A stretch of 64,000 nucleotides of DNA, from positions 42,788 to 106,787 of the forward strand of contig JAEZKQ010000024.1 of NCBI GenBank assembly GCA_023436115.1, read 5' to 3'. Made by a program: the position numbers and the translations under genes. The notes under the pieces were generated by a model. That model was not told the DNA's origin, did no database searches, and saw only the letters and a program-made list of their open reading frames with translations. Every line of letters starts with the position of its first letter. The stretch's first letter is position 1. This document shows positions 16,367-26,450 of this stretch, in pieces. The stretch is from Bacillota bacterium. GTDB lineage: Bacteria > Bacillota > Clostridia > Christensenellales > SZUA-584.

Positions 16367-18316
16367 ATGAAGAAGTATTATATCACGACGCCTATTTATT
16401 ATCCCAGCGATAAGCTGCATATCGGACATTCCTATACCACCGTCGCGGCAGACGCGCTTGCGCGCTTCAAACGCCAGACCGGCTACGATGTCATGTTCTT
16501 AACCGGAACAGACGAACATGGCCAGAAGATTGAACGTGTGGCGAAAAACGCCGGAATGGAACCCAAAGAATACGTGGACGGCATCGTGGCTGGCATCAAG
16601 GCGCTTTGGAACCTCATGGACATCTCCAACGACGATTTTATCCGCACCACAGACGACCGTCACATCGCCACTGTTCAGAAGATTTTCAAGCGGCTTTATG
16701 ACCAAGGCGACATATACAAAGGCCATTATGAAGGGTGGTATTGCACTCCCTGCGAAGCTTATTGGCTGGAGCGCCAGCTTGTGGACGGTAAATGCCCGGA
16801 TTGCGGCCGCCCCGTGGAGCTGGCTAAGGAAGAAGCATATTTCTTTAAAATGAGCAAATATGCCGACAGGCTCATCGCCTATATCAACGAGCATCCTGAG
16901 TTTATACAGCCCGAAAGCCGTAAGAACGAAATGCTCAACAACTTCCTGCTGCCGGGGCTGGAAGACCTTTGCGTGTCGCGTACGTCCTTCAAATGGGGCA
17001 TTCCGGTTGATTTTGACCCAAATCATGTGGTTTATGTCTGGATCGACGCGCTGTCCAATTACATCTCAGCGCTTGGCTATCTGTCGGATGATGACGCGAA
17101 GTTTAAAAACTACTGGCCTGCGGATGTTCACCTTGTGGGCAAGGAGATCATGCGGTTCCATACGATCATATGGCCCATACTTCTAATGGCGCTGGACTTG
17201 CCGCTGCCCAAGCAAGTGTATGGCCACGGCTGGCTCATGCTCGAAGGAGGAAAGATGAGCAAATCCAAGGGCAACGTTGTGGACCCCGTAAAGCTCATCG
17301 ATCGCTATGGCGTGGATGCCGTGCGCTACTTCCTGCTGCGCGAGGTGCCCTTCGGTGCGGACGGCCTTTATTCCAGTGAAGCGCTGCTGACACGCACCAA
17401 CAGCGATCTTGCCAATGACCTTGGCAATCTTGTCTCTCGTACTGCCGCGATGATCGTCAAATATTTCGGCGGCACCGTTCCGTCCGAGTTTGAGCCGACC
17501 GAGTTTGACGCCGATATAGAAGCCCACGGATCGGCATTGCATGATGCCGTGGAAAAGCATATGAATGAACTGAGGCTGCCCGAAGCGCTCATGGACATTT
17601 GGAGTTATATCGGCGCGCTCAATAAATACATTGACCTAACGGCACCTTGGGTGCTCGCCAAGGATGAAGCCAATACCAAAAAGCTTGCAAGCGTGATGTA
17701 TCACCTGGCGGAAGGTCTGCGCATCGTTTCGGTGCTGCTGATACCTCTCCTCACGGATACGGCCAAGCGCATACACGATATACTCGGCATTACCGACGAT
17801 ACCTTGGTTTCTTGGGACAGCATAAAAGCTTTCAGTCAAAATGTCTGCGGTCTCACCGTCAAGCAAACGGCACCGCTGTTCCCGCGTATCGATATCAAGA
17901 AAGAGCTCGAAGCGTTGGAAGAAATCGCGGATAACCGCACACTGCAAAAGCAAAAGAAAATGCCTGCCAAGGAAAACAAAGAAGAAACCGTGGGTATTAT
18001 TACCTATGATGACTATAAAAAGGTGTCGCTCAGAATCGGCATTGTCAAGGAAGCCGCAGGGATTGATGGCAGCGATAAATTGCTCAAATTGCAGGTCGAA
18101 GTAGGCAGCGAGGTGCGCCAGATCGTATCGGGCATTAAGAAATGGTACACACCCGAGCAGATGGTCGGAAAAACTGTTGTGGTCGTGGCAAACTTAAAAC
18201 CCGCTAAGCTTTTCGGCGTGGAATCTCAGGGTATGCTGCTGGCCGCTGAATCAAACGGCGACCTAAAGCTTGTCACAATTGACGGCAGCTTGCCCAGCGG
18301 CTCAGACGTATCGTGA
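16367..18316 (+). CDS. metG: methionine--tRNA ligase with C-terminal tRNA-binding domain
   Basis: HIGH (HIGHSYT) and KMSKS motifs. C-terminal EMAP/Trbp111-like segment. Confidence 0.95.
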   Translation: MKKYYITTPIYYPSDKLHIGHSYTTVAADALARFKRQTGYDVMFLTGTDEHGQKIERVAKNAGMEPKEYVDGIVAGIKALWNLMDISNDDFIRTTDDRHIATVQKIFKRLYDQGDIYKGHYEGWYCTPCEAYWLERQLVDGKCPDCGRPVELAKEEAYFFKMSKYADRLIAYINEHPEFIQPESRKNEMLNNFLLPGLEDLCVSRTSFKWGIPVDFDPNHVVYVWIDALSNYISALGYLSDDDAKFKNYWPADVHLVGKEIMRFHTIIWPILLMALDLPLPKQVYGHGWLMLEGGKMSKSKGNVVDPVKLIDRYGVDAVRYFLLREVPFGADGLYSSEALLTRTNSDLANDLGNLVSRTAAMIVKYFGGTVPSEFEPTEFDADIEAHGSALHDAVEKHMNELRLPEALMDIWSYIGALNKYIDLTAPWVLAKDEANTKKLASVMYHLAEGLRIVSVLLIPLLTDTAKRIHDILGITDDTLVSWDSIKAFSQNVCGLTVKQTAPLFPRIDIKKELEALEEIADNRTLQKQKKMPAKENKEETVGIITYDDYKKVSLRIGIVKEAAGIDGSDKLLKLQVEVGSEVRQIVSGIKKWYTPEQMVGKTVVVVANLKPAKLFGVESQGMLLAAESNGDLKLVTIDGSLPSGSDVS

Positions 18317-19080
18317 TGCAGCTTTTTGATACTCACGCGCATCTTTTAAGCGAGCGCTTTGATGAAGACCGTCATATACTGATTGAAAGACAGCCCTCTC
18401 TCGGCATCGTCGGCGTTATCGAGATCGGAACGACGTTGGAAGACAGCGAAGCTGCCGCCAAGCTCGCCATGCAAACGGATTATATCTATGCGGCAGTGGG
18501 CGTTCATCCGCACGATGCCAAGGATGCGCCGTCTGACTATATCGCGCAGCTCGAAGCGCTCATCATGCAGCCCAAGGTCGTGGCGATCGGTGAGATTGGA
18601 CTGGACTACCATTACGACTTTTCACCGCGTGATGTGCAGCAGAAGGTTTTCAGTGCACAGCTGGATCTGGCGCAGCGGCATAACCTGCCCGTTGCGATTC
18701 ACATGCGCGAGGCCACGCAGGACACGCTCTCGATACTGCGTGAACACAAAGGACTCAAAGGCGTAATGCATTGCTTTTCCGGCAGTGCCGAGACGGCACA
18801 GATACTGATCGATATGGGGCTCTGCATATCGTTCACAGGCTCGGTCACGTTTAAAAACGCTAAGAAAACGGTAGACGCGGCGGCAACGGTTCCGCTTAAC
18901 AGGCTTATGGCCGAAACTGACTGCCCATACCTCTCGCCCGAGCCGATACGCGGACAGCGCAACGATCCATCCAATGTTCGTTATGTGCTGCAAAGGCTTT
19001 CGGAGATCAAAGGCATTACTTTTGACGAAATGTGCCGAATCAATATTGAAAATGTAAAAGGACTATATGGCATAAAATGA
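18316..19080 (+). CDS. tatD: TatD-family metal-dependent hydrolase
   Basis: FDTHAHL, GEIGLDYHY and HCFSG motifs. The ATG overlaps the metG TGA. Confidence 0.9.
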   Translation: MQLFDTHAHLLSERFDEDRHILIERQPSLGIVGVIEIGTTLEDSEAAAKLAMQTDYIYAAVGVHPHDAKDAPSDYIAQLEALIMQPKVVAIGEIGLDYHYDFSPRDVQQKVFSAQLDLAQRHNLPVAIHMREATQDTLSILREHKGLKGVMHCFSGSAETAQILIDMGLCISFTGSVTFKNAKKTVDAAATVPLNRLMAETDCPYLSPEPIRGQRNDPSNVRYVLQRLSEIKGITFDEMCRINIENVKGLYGIK

Positions 19081-19670
19081 GCGATACACTTGTTTACCGC
19101 CTCGGCGGTGCGATATATATCAACTTAACGAATAAATGCACGAATAACTGTACGTTTTGTCTGCGAGACACGTATGACGGTGTCGGCGGATATAATTTGT
19201 GGCTTCATAAAGACCCCGAGGCGGATGATGTCATTCGCGCGCTGGAAAACGAAACGAATGTCGAAAAAGCAGTTTTCTGCGGTCTGGGCGAACCCACGAT
19301 GCGGCTGAGTGTACTGCTTGATGTGGCGCGGTATTTAAAGACTCGCGGCTCCAATGTGCGGCTCAATACCAACGGACAGGGCAGCGCCTACGCGGGACAT
19401 GACATCGCTCCCAAATTAAAGGGGCTAATCGACACCGTTTCCATCAGCCTCAATGCTTCGGATGCCGCGCAATACCAGCATTTGTGCCACAGTGTTTACG
19501 GCGAACAGGGCTTTTGCCACATGATCGACTTTGCAAAGAGCTGCATCGCGCAGGGTATTGATACCGTCTTTTCCGTCGTCGATATTATCGGCGATGAGGA
19601 GATCGCGCGCTGCGAGAAAATCGCTAAGGATCTGGGTGCGCGGCTGCGTATCCGGGAATTCATAGAATAA
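19077..19670 (+). CDS. TatD-associated radical SAM protein
   Basis: CTNNCTFC (CxxxCxxC). ATGA overlap with the tatD stop. Confidence 0.75.
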   Translation: MSDTLVYRLGGAIYINLTNKCTNNCTFCLRDTYDGVGGYNLWLHKDPEADDVIRALENETNVEKAVFCGLGEPTMRLSVLLDVARYLKTRGSNVRLNTNGQGSAYAGHDIAPKLKGLIDTVSISLNASDAAQYQHLCHSVYGEQGFCHMIDFAKSCIAQGIDTVFSVVDIIGDEEIARCEKIAKDLGARLRIREFIE

Positions 19671-19768
19671 TAAGCTTGACTACATACATTTTCTTTATAT
19701 TAAATCCCTTGGGGGATTTTTTTATGCGATTATAATTATTAAATTTTAAAATATGCGTTTATTATTGT

Positions 19769-19820
19769 TTGACACCTATATATTGTGTTTATTATAATGA
19801 ACGTACACAATAGGTTTGAC
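19769..19820 (+). promoter_or_regulatory. nrdD promoter with NrdR-box-like palindrome(s)
   Basis: TTGACA (19769-19774), 18-nt spacer, TATAAT (19793-19798). ACACCTATATATTGTGT at 19772-19788, and a weaker ACACAATAGGTTTGAC about 33 nt downstream. Confidence 0.55.
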
Positions 19821-19934
19821 AGATCAGGTTCCATCATCTTTTGTTGATCCACGCGGGTATATAGGTTTTTCCTTAAAGGAAACCACTTTTCAAATAAATC
19901 GCGCTCAAAAAAACATAAATTTCGGGGGGACGCT

Positions 19935-22022
19935 ATGTTTACAGTTATACTCAAAAGAAGTGGTCAGAAGGAAGCTTTTCAGCCAAAGAAAATCACGGAA
20001 GCGATATTTAAAGCCGCAAAGGCCGTCGGCGGAGACGACTATATCAAGGCTGAGCAGCTTTGCGCACAAGTGGTGGACATCGCACGTATCAAATTCGGTG
20101 ATCGGTGTCCGGGCGTGGAAGACATTCAGGATATCGTTGAGCGCGTCCTTATTAAGAATGGACATGCCAAAACAGCAAAGGCCTATATTCTGTATCGCGA
20201 AAAACGAAAAGGCGCCAGAGAAGCCAATGCGCTCATCGGGGCCACGATCGACATGTTTTCCAGCTACCTGTCTGACAACGACTGGAGCATACGCGAAAAC
20301 GCCAACACCCAAAGAAGCGTCAACGGGCTTAACAACTATATCCGCGAAGCCTTTACCAAGAAATACTGGCTGCATGAAATATACCCTGCCGAAGTGCGAG
20401 ACGCTCATACCTCGGGCGACTGCCATATTCACGATTTGGGATTCTTCGGCCCGTATTGTGCCGGATGGGACTTAAGGCAGCTGCTTATGATGGGCTTTGG
20501 GGGCATACCTGGCAAGGTAGAAAGCAAGCCCGCCAAGCATCTGCGCTCGTTTTTAGGGCAGATCGTGAATTCCACGTTTACGACACAGGGCGAAACAGCG
20601 GGCGCACAGGCCTGGTCAAGCTTTGATACTTACTGCGCACCGTTTATCCGGCAGGACAATATGAGCTTTGAACAGATCAAGCAATGTCTGCAGGAATTTA
20701 TATTTAATATCAACGTACCGACCCGAGTCGGGTTCCAATGCCCGTTCTCAAACCTGACTTTTGACATCAAGGTGCCATCCACGCTTAAGGATCATCCTGT
20801 GATTATCGGCGGACAGCACCACCATACAACCTACGGCGACTATCAGGCTGAGATGGATATTTTCAATCTGGCCTTCTGCGAAGTGATGCTCGAGGGCGAT
20901 GCCAAGGGTCGCGTGTTCACCTTCCCCATCCCCACCATTAACATCACAAAGGACTTCGAGTGGGATACGCCTGTGGTGGACAAGTTTATGGAGATTACCT
21001 GCAAATACGGCATACCATACTTTGCAAACTATGTGAACAGCGACTTATCACCCGAAGATGCCGTATCGATGTGCTGTCGGCTGCGGTTGGATGTATCCGA
21101 GCTCAGGAAGCGCGGCGGCGGGCTGTTTGGCTCAAATCCGCTCACGGGCTCTATCGGCGTATTTACCATCAATCTGCCGCGCATCGGTTACTTGTCGCAG
21201 ACTGAGGACGAGTTTTTTTCCCGTCTCAAAGCGGTTGCCGAGATTGGCAAAACATCGCTGGAAATCAAGCGCAAGATCATTGAGCATCAAACAGAGAATG
21301 GCCTTTACCCCTATTCGGCTGTGTACTTGAAAGACGTGAAAAAGCGCTTTGGCCAATACTGGTTTAACCATTTTAACACCATCGGCATCATCGGCATGCA
21401 TGAAGCGCTGCTCAACTTCATGGGCAAGGGCGTTGAGACAACCGAGGGTAACGAGTTCGCGGTGCGTGTGATGAACTATCTTCGCGCGCTGATGCAGGAC
21501 TTCCAGAAGGAAACCGGACACTCATACAACTTAGAAGCGACGCCCGCAGAAGGGACAAGCTATCGTTTGGCCAAGCTCGATAAAGAACGTTATTCGGATA
21601 TCATCACATCCGGCCGTGATGTGCCGTACTACACCAATTCATCACAGCTGCCTGTCGGTTTTACGGATGATATCATTGAAATGATCGAGCTTCAGGACGA
21701 GCTCCAGTCGCTTTACACAGGCGGGACGGTGCAGCATCTCTACTTAGGCGAGCGTATTGATGATTTGCAGACTGCCAAGCTGCTCATACAAAGGATATTC
21801 AAGAATTACAAGATGCCTTATATATCGCTCACGCCCACATTCAGCGTTTGCGATCAGCATGGTTACATTGCGGGCGAGCGGTTTACCTGCCCCGAGTGCG
21901 GCTTAAAAACCGAAGTCTGGAGCCGCGTGGTCGGATACCTGCGGCCTGTACAGAATTTCAACGAAGGTAAAAAGGAAGAGTTCAAGGAAAGGGTCAAATT
22001 TGTCGTCCCCGAGGCTATCTGA
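19935..22022 (+). CDS. nrdD: anaerobic ribonucleoside-triphosphate reductase (class III)
   Basis: N-terminal ATP-cone. C-terminal Zn ribbon (CPECG) and glycyl-radical motif RVVGY. Confidence 0.95.
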   Translation: MFTVILKRSGQKEAFQPKKITEAIFKAAKAVGGDDYIKAEQLCAQVVDIARIKFGDRCPGVEDIQDIVERVLIKNGHAKTAKAYILYREKRKGAREANALIGATIDMFSSYLSDNDWSIRENANTQRSVNGLNNYIREAFTKKYWLHEIYPAEVRDAHTSGDCHIHDLGFFGPYCAGWDLRQLLMMGFGGIPGKVESKPAKHLRSFLGQIVNSTFTTQGETAGAQAWSSFDTYCAPFIRQDNMSFEQIKQCLQEFIFNINVPTRVGFQCPFSNLTFDIKVPSTLKDHPVIIGGQHHHTTYGDYQAEMDIFNLAFCEVMLEGDAKGRVFTFPIPTINITKDFEWDTPVVDKFMEITCKYGIPYFANYVNSDLSPEDAVSMCCRLRLDVSELRKRGGGLFGSNPLTGSIGVFTINLPRIGYLSQTEDEFFSRLKAVAEIGKTSLEIKRKIIEHQTENGLYPYSAVYLKDVKKRFGQYWFNHFNTIGIIGMHEALLNFMGKGVETTEGNEFAVRVMNYLRALMQDFQKETGHSYNLEATPAEGTSYRLAKLDKERYSDIITSGRDVPYYTNSSQLPVGFTDDIIEMIELQDELQSLYTGGTVQHLYLGERIDDLQTAKLLIQRIFKNYKMPYISLTPTFSVCDQHGYIAGERFTCPECGLKTEVWSRVVGYLRPVQNFNEGKKEEFKERVKFVVPEAI

Positions 22023-22023
22023 T

Positions 22024-22692
22024 ATGCAAATTGCCGGTTTTGTAAAAAACTCGTTTCTGGACTATCCCGGGCACATCGCGGCAGTCGTGTTTGTGCCCGG
22101 CTGCAATATGGACTGCTGGTATTGCCATAACCGGCCTTTATGGAAGGAAACGACGCTGATCCATCCGACGGAAGTCGAATCTTATCTGCAAAAACGGCGC
22201 GATTTTATTGACGGCGTGGTGATATCCGGCGGCGAACCCACGCTGCAGAAGGATCTAGCGGGGTTTATAGGGCGCGTGCGCGCATTGGGCTATAAAATCA
22301 AGCTGGATACCAACGGTTTAAAGCCGCACATCATGGAACCACTTCTTAAAGACATTGATTACGTGGCTATGGACATAAAAGCGCCACCGGGAGCCATCTC
22401 CCGCGTGGTGTCTTTTGACTTGGACGACACACCTATTTGGGAAACGGCAGAATTGCTCATACGTTCCGGAATTGATTACGAATTCCGTACCACATTCATG
22501 CCGCTGCTCAGCGTCGAAGACATTGCTGCTATTGCCGACCGTGTTAAAGGCGCAAAAAAATATGTGCTTCAGCAGTACCGCAAACCTGAAGGAGTCAAGC
22601 GACAGATAGAGCCTCACAGCAGCGAGACAATAAAAAAAGCGGCCAATGCCGCTCAGTCTTTTATCAGCAACGTCAAAATACGGGGTATCTAG
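22024..22692 (+). CDS. nrdG: anaerobic RNR activating protein (radical SAM)
   Basis: CNMDCWYCHN cluster motif. Immediately follows nrdD. Confidence 0.9.
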   Translation: MQIAGFVKNSFLDYPGHIAAVVFVPGCNMDCWYCHNRPLWKETTLIHPTEVESYLQKRRDFIDGVVISGGEPTLQKDLAGFIGRVRALGYKIKLDTNGLKPHIMEPLLKDIDYVAMDIKAPPGAISRVVSFDLDDTPIWETAELLIRSGIDYEFRTTFMPLLSVEDIAAIADRVKGAKKYVLQQYRKPEGVKRQIEPHSSETIKKAANAAQSFISNVKIRGI

Positions 22693-23052
22693 TCAATCGG
22701 TAGCTTCGACCGTTTCCTCAACCTCTTGGGATGATTCATCATCAATCAAATACTCGTTTTTAAGCTGCTCCGCGTCGTTAATGGCTTTATCCACCAACGG
22801 TATCTGCCATAAACCGTAGGCGGTGCCCGCCACAATCACGATTAGCGCGATCAGCGCAATCACTTTGATAAAACCGGGTATCAGTTTCCATATAATACTG
22901 AAACCAATACAAAATACCACAACTGCGCCGATGGCGATAGCCCATCCCGGCAGTGCTTTGGCGTATTCCATGCCTTCCTGTATGGGTGCGCATGCCGCGA
23001 GTATGCCAATTGCCATAAAAACGATCAGCAATACCAGCACAAACTTCTTCAT
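22693..23052 (-). CDS. membrane protein with acidic C-terminal tail
   Basis: AAGGAGAC RBS before the ATG at 23052. Three hydrophobic segments. Confidence 0.5.
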   Translation of the reverse strand: MKKFVLVLLIVFMAIGILAACAPIQEGMEYAKALPGWAIAIGAVVVFCIGFSIIWKLIPGFIKVIALIALIVIVAGTAYGLWQIPLVDKAINDAEQLKNEYLIDDESSQEVEETVEATD

Positions 23053-23240
23053 AACACTACTCGTCTCCTTAACGTCGCTATTATAGCGTAATTTTTCCAT
23101 AGAGTAAAGAGTCTATGTTTTGAATCTATAGCAAGGTTGCATGCGTACATCAGAACACCCTTCTTAAATCTTATCGATTATTTCTTTAAAATAAGCGGCA
23201 TGCTGTAGTATAATAGGCCAAAACTACTAAGAGGTATAAT

Positions 23241-24005
23241 ATGCATCTAGAGCCGGGCGAAAAAATTGAAGATCTGCAAAACGGGTTTGCCATCATACAG
23301 AACCCTCAGTTTTTCTCCTTCGGTACAGACGCTGTATTACTCTCGCACTTTACGGGAATATCGGCGGGCGAACACATCGTGGATTTTGGCACAGGCTGTG
23401 GAATCATTCCCATCCTGCTCTATGCAAAATGTCAGGACATCACCGTGACAGGCATCGAGATACAAAACCGGATTGCCGATATGGCGCAAAAAAGCGTGGT
23501 GCTCAACCGTCTGGAGGCACATATCCGCATCATCTGCGGTGATTTAAAGCATGTGCGGGATTTTGTGCCGCACGGTGTGGATGCAGTGGTGTGCAATCCG
23601 CCGTATGAACGGGCAGACGCGGGAAAGGGTAACGATAATCCCCATCTTAATATCGCCAAGCGTGAAATCAAATGCACACTTAAAGACGTGGTGACATCGG
23701 CCGCTAAGCTGCTGCGCACAGGCGGACGTTTCACGATGATATACCGCACCGAACGTTTTGCCGAGCTCATGGATGTATTAAGAGCACAGAAACTGGAGCC
23801 TAAGCGTATACAGCTTGTGGCACCGCGAATCGATAAAGCGCCTAACTTTGCGCTGGTTGAAGCGCGTGCCGGTGCGCGCAGCGGAGTCCGGTTCCTGCCG
23901 ACTCTGGCCGTGTATGAAGCTGACGGCACATATACACAAGAGCTTAAGAAGATATATCACATCGGGGAGGAAAAGCCATGCTCTATATCGTGGCCACGCC
24001 CATAG
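23241..24005 (+). CDS. tRNA (adenine-N6)-methyltransferase-like SAM-dependent methyltransferase (YfiC/TrmN6 type)
   Basis: DFGTGCG SAM motif and NPPY motif. Conserved neighbour of rsmI. Confidence 0.8.
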   Translation: MHLEPGEKIEDLQNGFAIIQNPQFFSFGTDAVLLSHFTGISAGEHIVDFGTGCGIIPILLYAKCQDITVTGIEIQNRIADMAQKSVVLNRLEAHIRIICGDLKHVRDFVPHGVDAVVCNPPYERADAGKGNDNPHLNIAKREIKCTLKDVVTSAAKLLRTGGRFTMIYRTERFAELMDVLRAQKLEPKRIQLVAPRIDKAPNFALVEARAGARSGVRFLPTLAVYEADGTYTQELKKIYHIGEEKPCSISWPRP

Positions 24006-24784
24006 GCAATCTTGAAGACATAACACTTCGGGCACTTCGCGTGCTTAAAGAGGTGGACTATATTGCGGCTGAGGATACGCGTCATACGCGCAAACTTCTG
24101 ACACATTACAATATCAAAACACGGCTTGTGAGCTTTCATGAACACAGCGGCCCGGACAAGCGCAGTTGGATCATTAGCGAGCTTAAAGAGGGGCGCAGCA
24201 TTGCACTGGTGTCCGACGCGGGTACACCGCTGATATCCGACCCCGGTGCAGAGCTTGTTAAAGAGGTTATGGCACAGGGCTTATCGGTGACATCTTTACC
24301 GGGGCCGTGCGCAGCGATAACGGCGGTAACGCTGTCCGGCTGGGGCGGTTCATTTTGTTTTATCGGATTTCTTTCCAAAAAAACATCCGAGCGCAAACGC
24401 CAGATTGAGGCACTTGCGCAAAGCCCCATCCCTTGTGTGATTTACGAAAGCCCTCACGCCCTCCCAGACACGCTTCAGGCGTTCTGCGAAGCCATGAGTA
24501 AGGACAGGCACATTATTGTCGCAAAAGAGCTCACAAAGCTTCACGAACAGGTTTTCAGCGGTACACTTGGTGAGGCCCGCGAAACTTTTGGCGAGAATCC
24601 TAAAGGCGAATACGTTTTGATCGTAGATGGGCGAAGTGAGGAGAAGACGGAAATTCACGACAGCGATATCGTTGCCGCCATCGAAGAATTTGTTGCCGCT
24701 GGAATGACAAAAAAAGATGCCGCAAAAGCGGCATCAGATAGACTTGGTATTAGTAAGAACAGAGCTTACCGTTTGTCTTTATAA
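23978..24784 (+). CDS. rsmI: 16S rRNA (cytidine1402-2'-O)-methyltransferase
   Basis: MLYIVATPIGNLEDITLRALRVLKEVDYIAAEDTRHT is the typical RsmI N-terminus. Confidence 0.9.
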   Translation: MLYIVATPIGNLEDITLRALRVLKEVDYIAAEDTRHTRKLLTHYNIKTRLVSFHEHSGPDKRSWIISELKEGRSIALVSDAGTPLISDPGAELVKEVMAQGLSVTSLPGPCAAITAVTLSGWGGSFCFIGFLSKKTSERKRQIEALAQSPIPCVIYESPHALPDTLQAFCEAMSKDRHIIVAKELTKLHEQVFSGTLGEARETFGENPKGEYVLIVDGRSEEKTEIHDSDIVAAIEEFVAAGMTKKDAAKAASDRLGISKNRAYRLSL

Positions 24785-24790
24785 GCGTTC

Positions 24791-25033
24791 TTACTTGAGG
24801 CCCAGTTTGCCCATGCACTCTGCGCAAACCTTGGCACCTTTGTATTCCGAAACACCCGATACGCTGTCACAGAATATGCAAGCCGGCTGATATTTGCCGA
24901 GAACGATGTGACTGTCGTCAACAAAAATTTCGATAGGATCTTTAATATCGATCCCCATGACTCTTCTGAGCTCGATGGGCAGCACAATACGCCCGAGCGA
25001 GTCGACTTTTCTGACAATACCTGTTGATTTCAT
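24791..25033 (-). CDS. abrB: AbrB/SpoVT-family DNA-binding protein with CxxC...CxxC tail
   Basis: MKSTGIVRKVDSLGRIVLPIELRR. GGGAGA RBS. Cys at positions 52, 55, 70 and 73. Confidence 0.8.
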   Translation of the reverse strand: MKSTGIVRKVDSLGRIVLPIELRRVMGIDIKDPIEIFVDDSHIVLGKYQPACIFCDSVSGVSEYKGAKVCAECMGKLGLK

Positions 25034-25208
25034 TTTTTCATCTCCCAATTAATTTAATATAATAAGTTAAGTGTTACAATATATCAAAATATAACAAATA
25101 TAGCGGCATATTGTCAACCTTTTCAGGCAAAAAAATCGCAGGTTAATAAAACGTTAACAATTGAATATATATGATATCAGTATGCATCAAAATGCGGCGG
25201 TGATTGAA

Positions 25209-25793
25209 ATGATTAATTACATTTGGGCCTTTTTGATCGTGGTCGGAACAGTAGTGGGTATTGCAACAGGGCATGCGCAGGATATAGGCAATGCAGCTGT
25301 TGAAGGTGCGAAGGAAGCAGGGCTGCTGTGTATCAGTCTTATTGGCGCTTATGCGCTTTGGCTGGGTATACTGAATGTCGCTAAAGAAGCAGGATTGATT
25401 GAATCTCTCGCCCGAAAAATGCGCGGTATCATAAGATGGCTGTTTCCAAACGTGCCGCAGGGAAGCGAAGCAAGCGGCTATATCACACTCAATATCGTCG
25501 CGAATATGCTGGGCATGGGCAACGCGGCCACACCCTTTGGGTTAAAAGCCATGCAGGAGCTGCAGAAGCTGAACAAAATTAAGCACCTCCCCACAGACGA
25601 TATGTGCATGTTTCTCATAGTCAATGCATCATCCGTACAGATTTTACCCTTAACAATCATCGCATTAAGGAGCGCGGCCGGATCGTCTGCACCGTCCGAA
25701 ATCGTGATCACCGCACTGCTTGCGACGATTGTATCAGGAGCCGCAAGTATCGCGGCGGGAAAGATATGCCAGAGGTTAAAATCATGCAAATAA
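25209..25793 (+). CDS. spmA: spore maturation protein A (nucleoside-recognition domain)
   Basis: MINYIWAFLIVVG... and the pairing with spmB. Confidence 0.75.
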   Translation: MINYIWAFLIVVGTVVGIATGHAQDIGNAAVEGAKEAGLLCISLIGAYALWLGILNVAKEAGLIESLARKMRGIIRWLFPNVPQGSEASGYITLNIVANMLGMGNAATPFGLKAMQELQKLNKIKHLPTDDMCMFLIVNASSVQILPLTIIALRSAAGSSAPSEIVITALLATIVSGAASIAAGKICQRLKSCK

Positions 25794-26311
25794 TAACATC
25801 GATTTCAATGCTCTTTGTACCGCTTTTTATTGCGGGCATAGTGGTTTTTGGTCTTGCCAAAAAAGTCAGCGTCTATGAAGCCTTTATACGCGGGGCTAAG
25901 CAAGGCTTTTCAACGGTGATACGCATACTGCCTTATGTCGTGGGATTTGTTTTTGCCATACAGATATTCACCGCATCGGGCAGCTTCGATTATATCGCCA
26001 AGGCGCTGTCCCCCTTACTAAAGCCGATTGGCATCCCCCCGGAAATACTGCCGCTTGCACTGATGCGGCCTTTCTCGGGCAGCGCCTCCATCGGTATGCT
26101 GACGATGATATTCACACGCTATGGCCCGGATAGTTTTATTGGACGCAGCGCGAGCACACTGATGGGTTCAGCCGAAACGCTTTTTTACACGACAGCGCTT
26201 TATTACGGGAGTGTGGGTATTAAAAAGACACGCTACACCATCCCCGCCGCACTCACAGCAGATTTCATAGGGCTTATTGCAAGTGTCGCTTTCTGTCGAA
26301 TATTTTTTTAA
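25784..26311 (+). CDS. spmB: spore maturation protein B
   Basis: AGAGG RBS. The start overlaps the spmA end. Multi-TM. Confidence 0.75.
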   Translation: MQIITSISMLFVPLFIAGIVVFGLAKKVSVYEAFIRGAKQGFSTVIRILPYVVGFVFAIQIFTASGSFDYIAKALSPLLKPIGIPPEILPLALMRPFSGSASIGMLTMIFTRYGPDSFIGRSASTLMGSAETLFYTTALYYGSVGIKKTRYTIPAALTADFIGLIASVAFCRIFF

Positions 26312-26450
26312 TCGACAAGACAACACAAAAAAGAATCATAATATACATTAATTCGCGTATATTTGTGTATGATTCTATTCATTTCACTTAAATAAATAAA
26401 AAAAAATTTTTATTCTTCTCAAAAATATTTGTTAATCATCCCATATTTAG

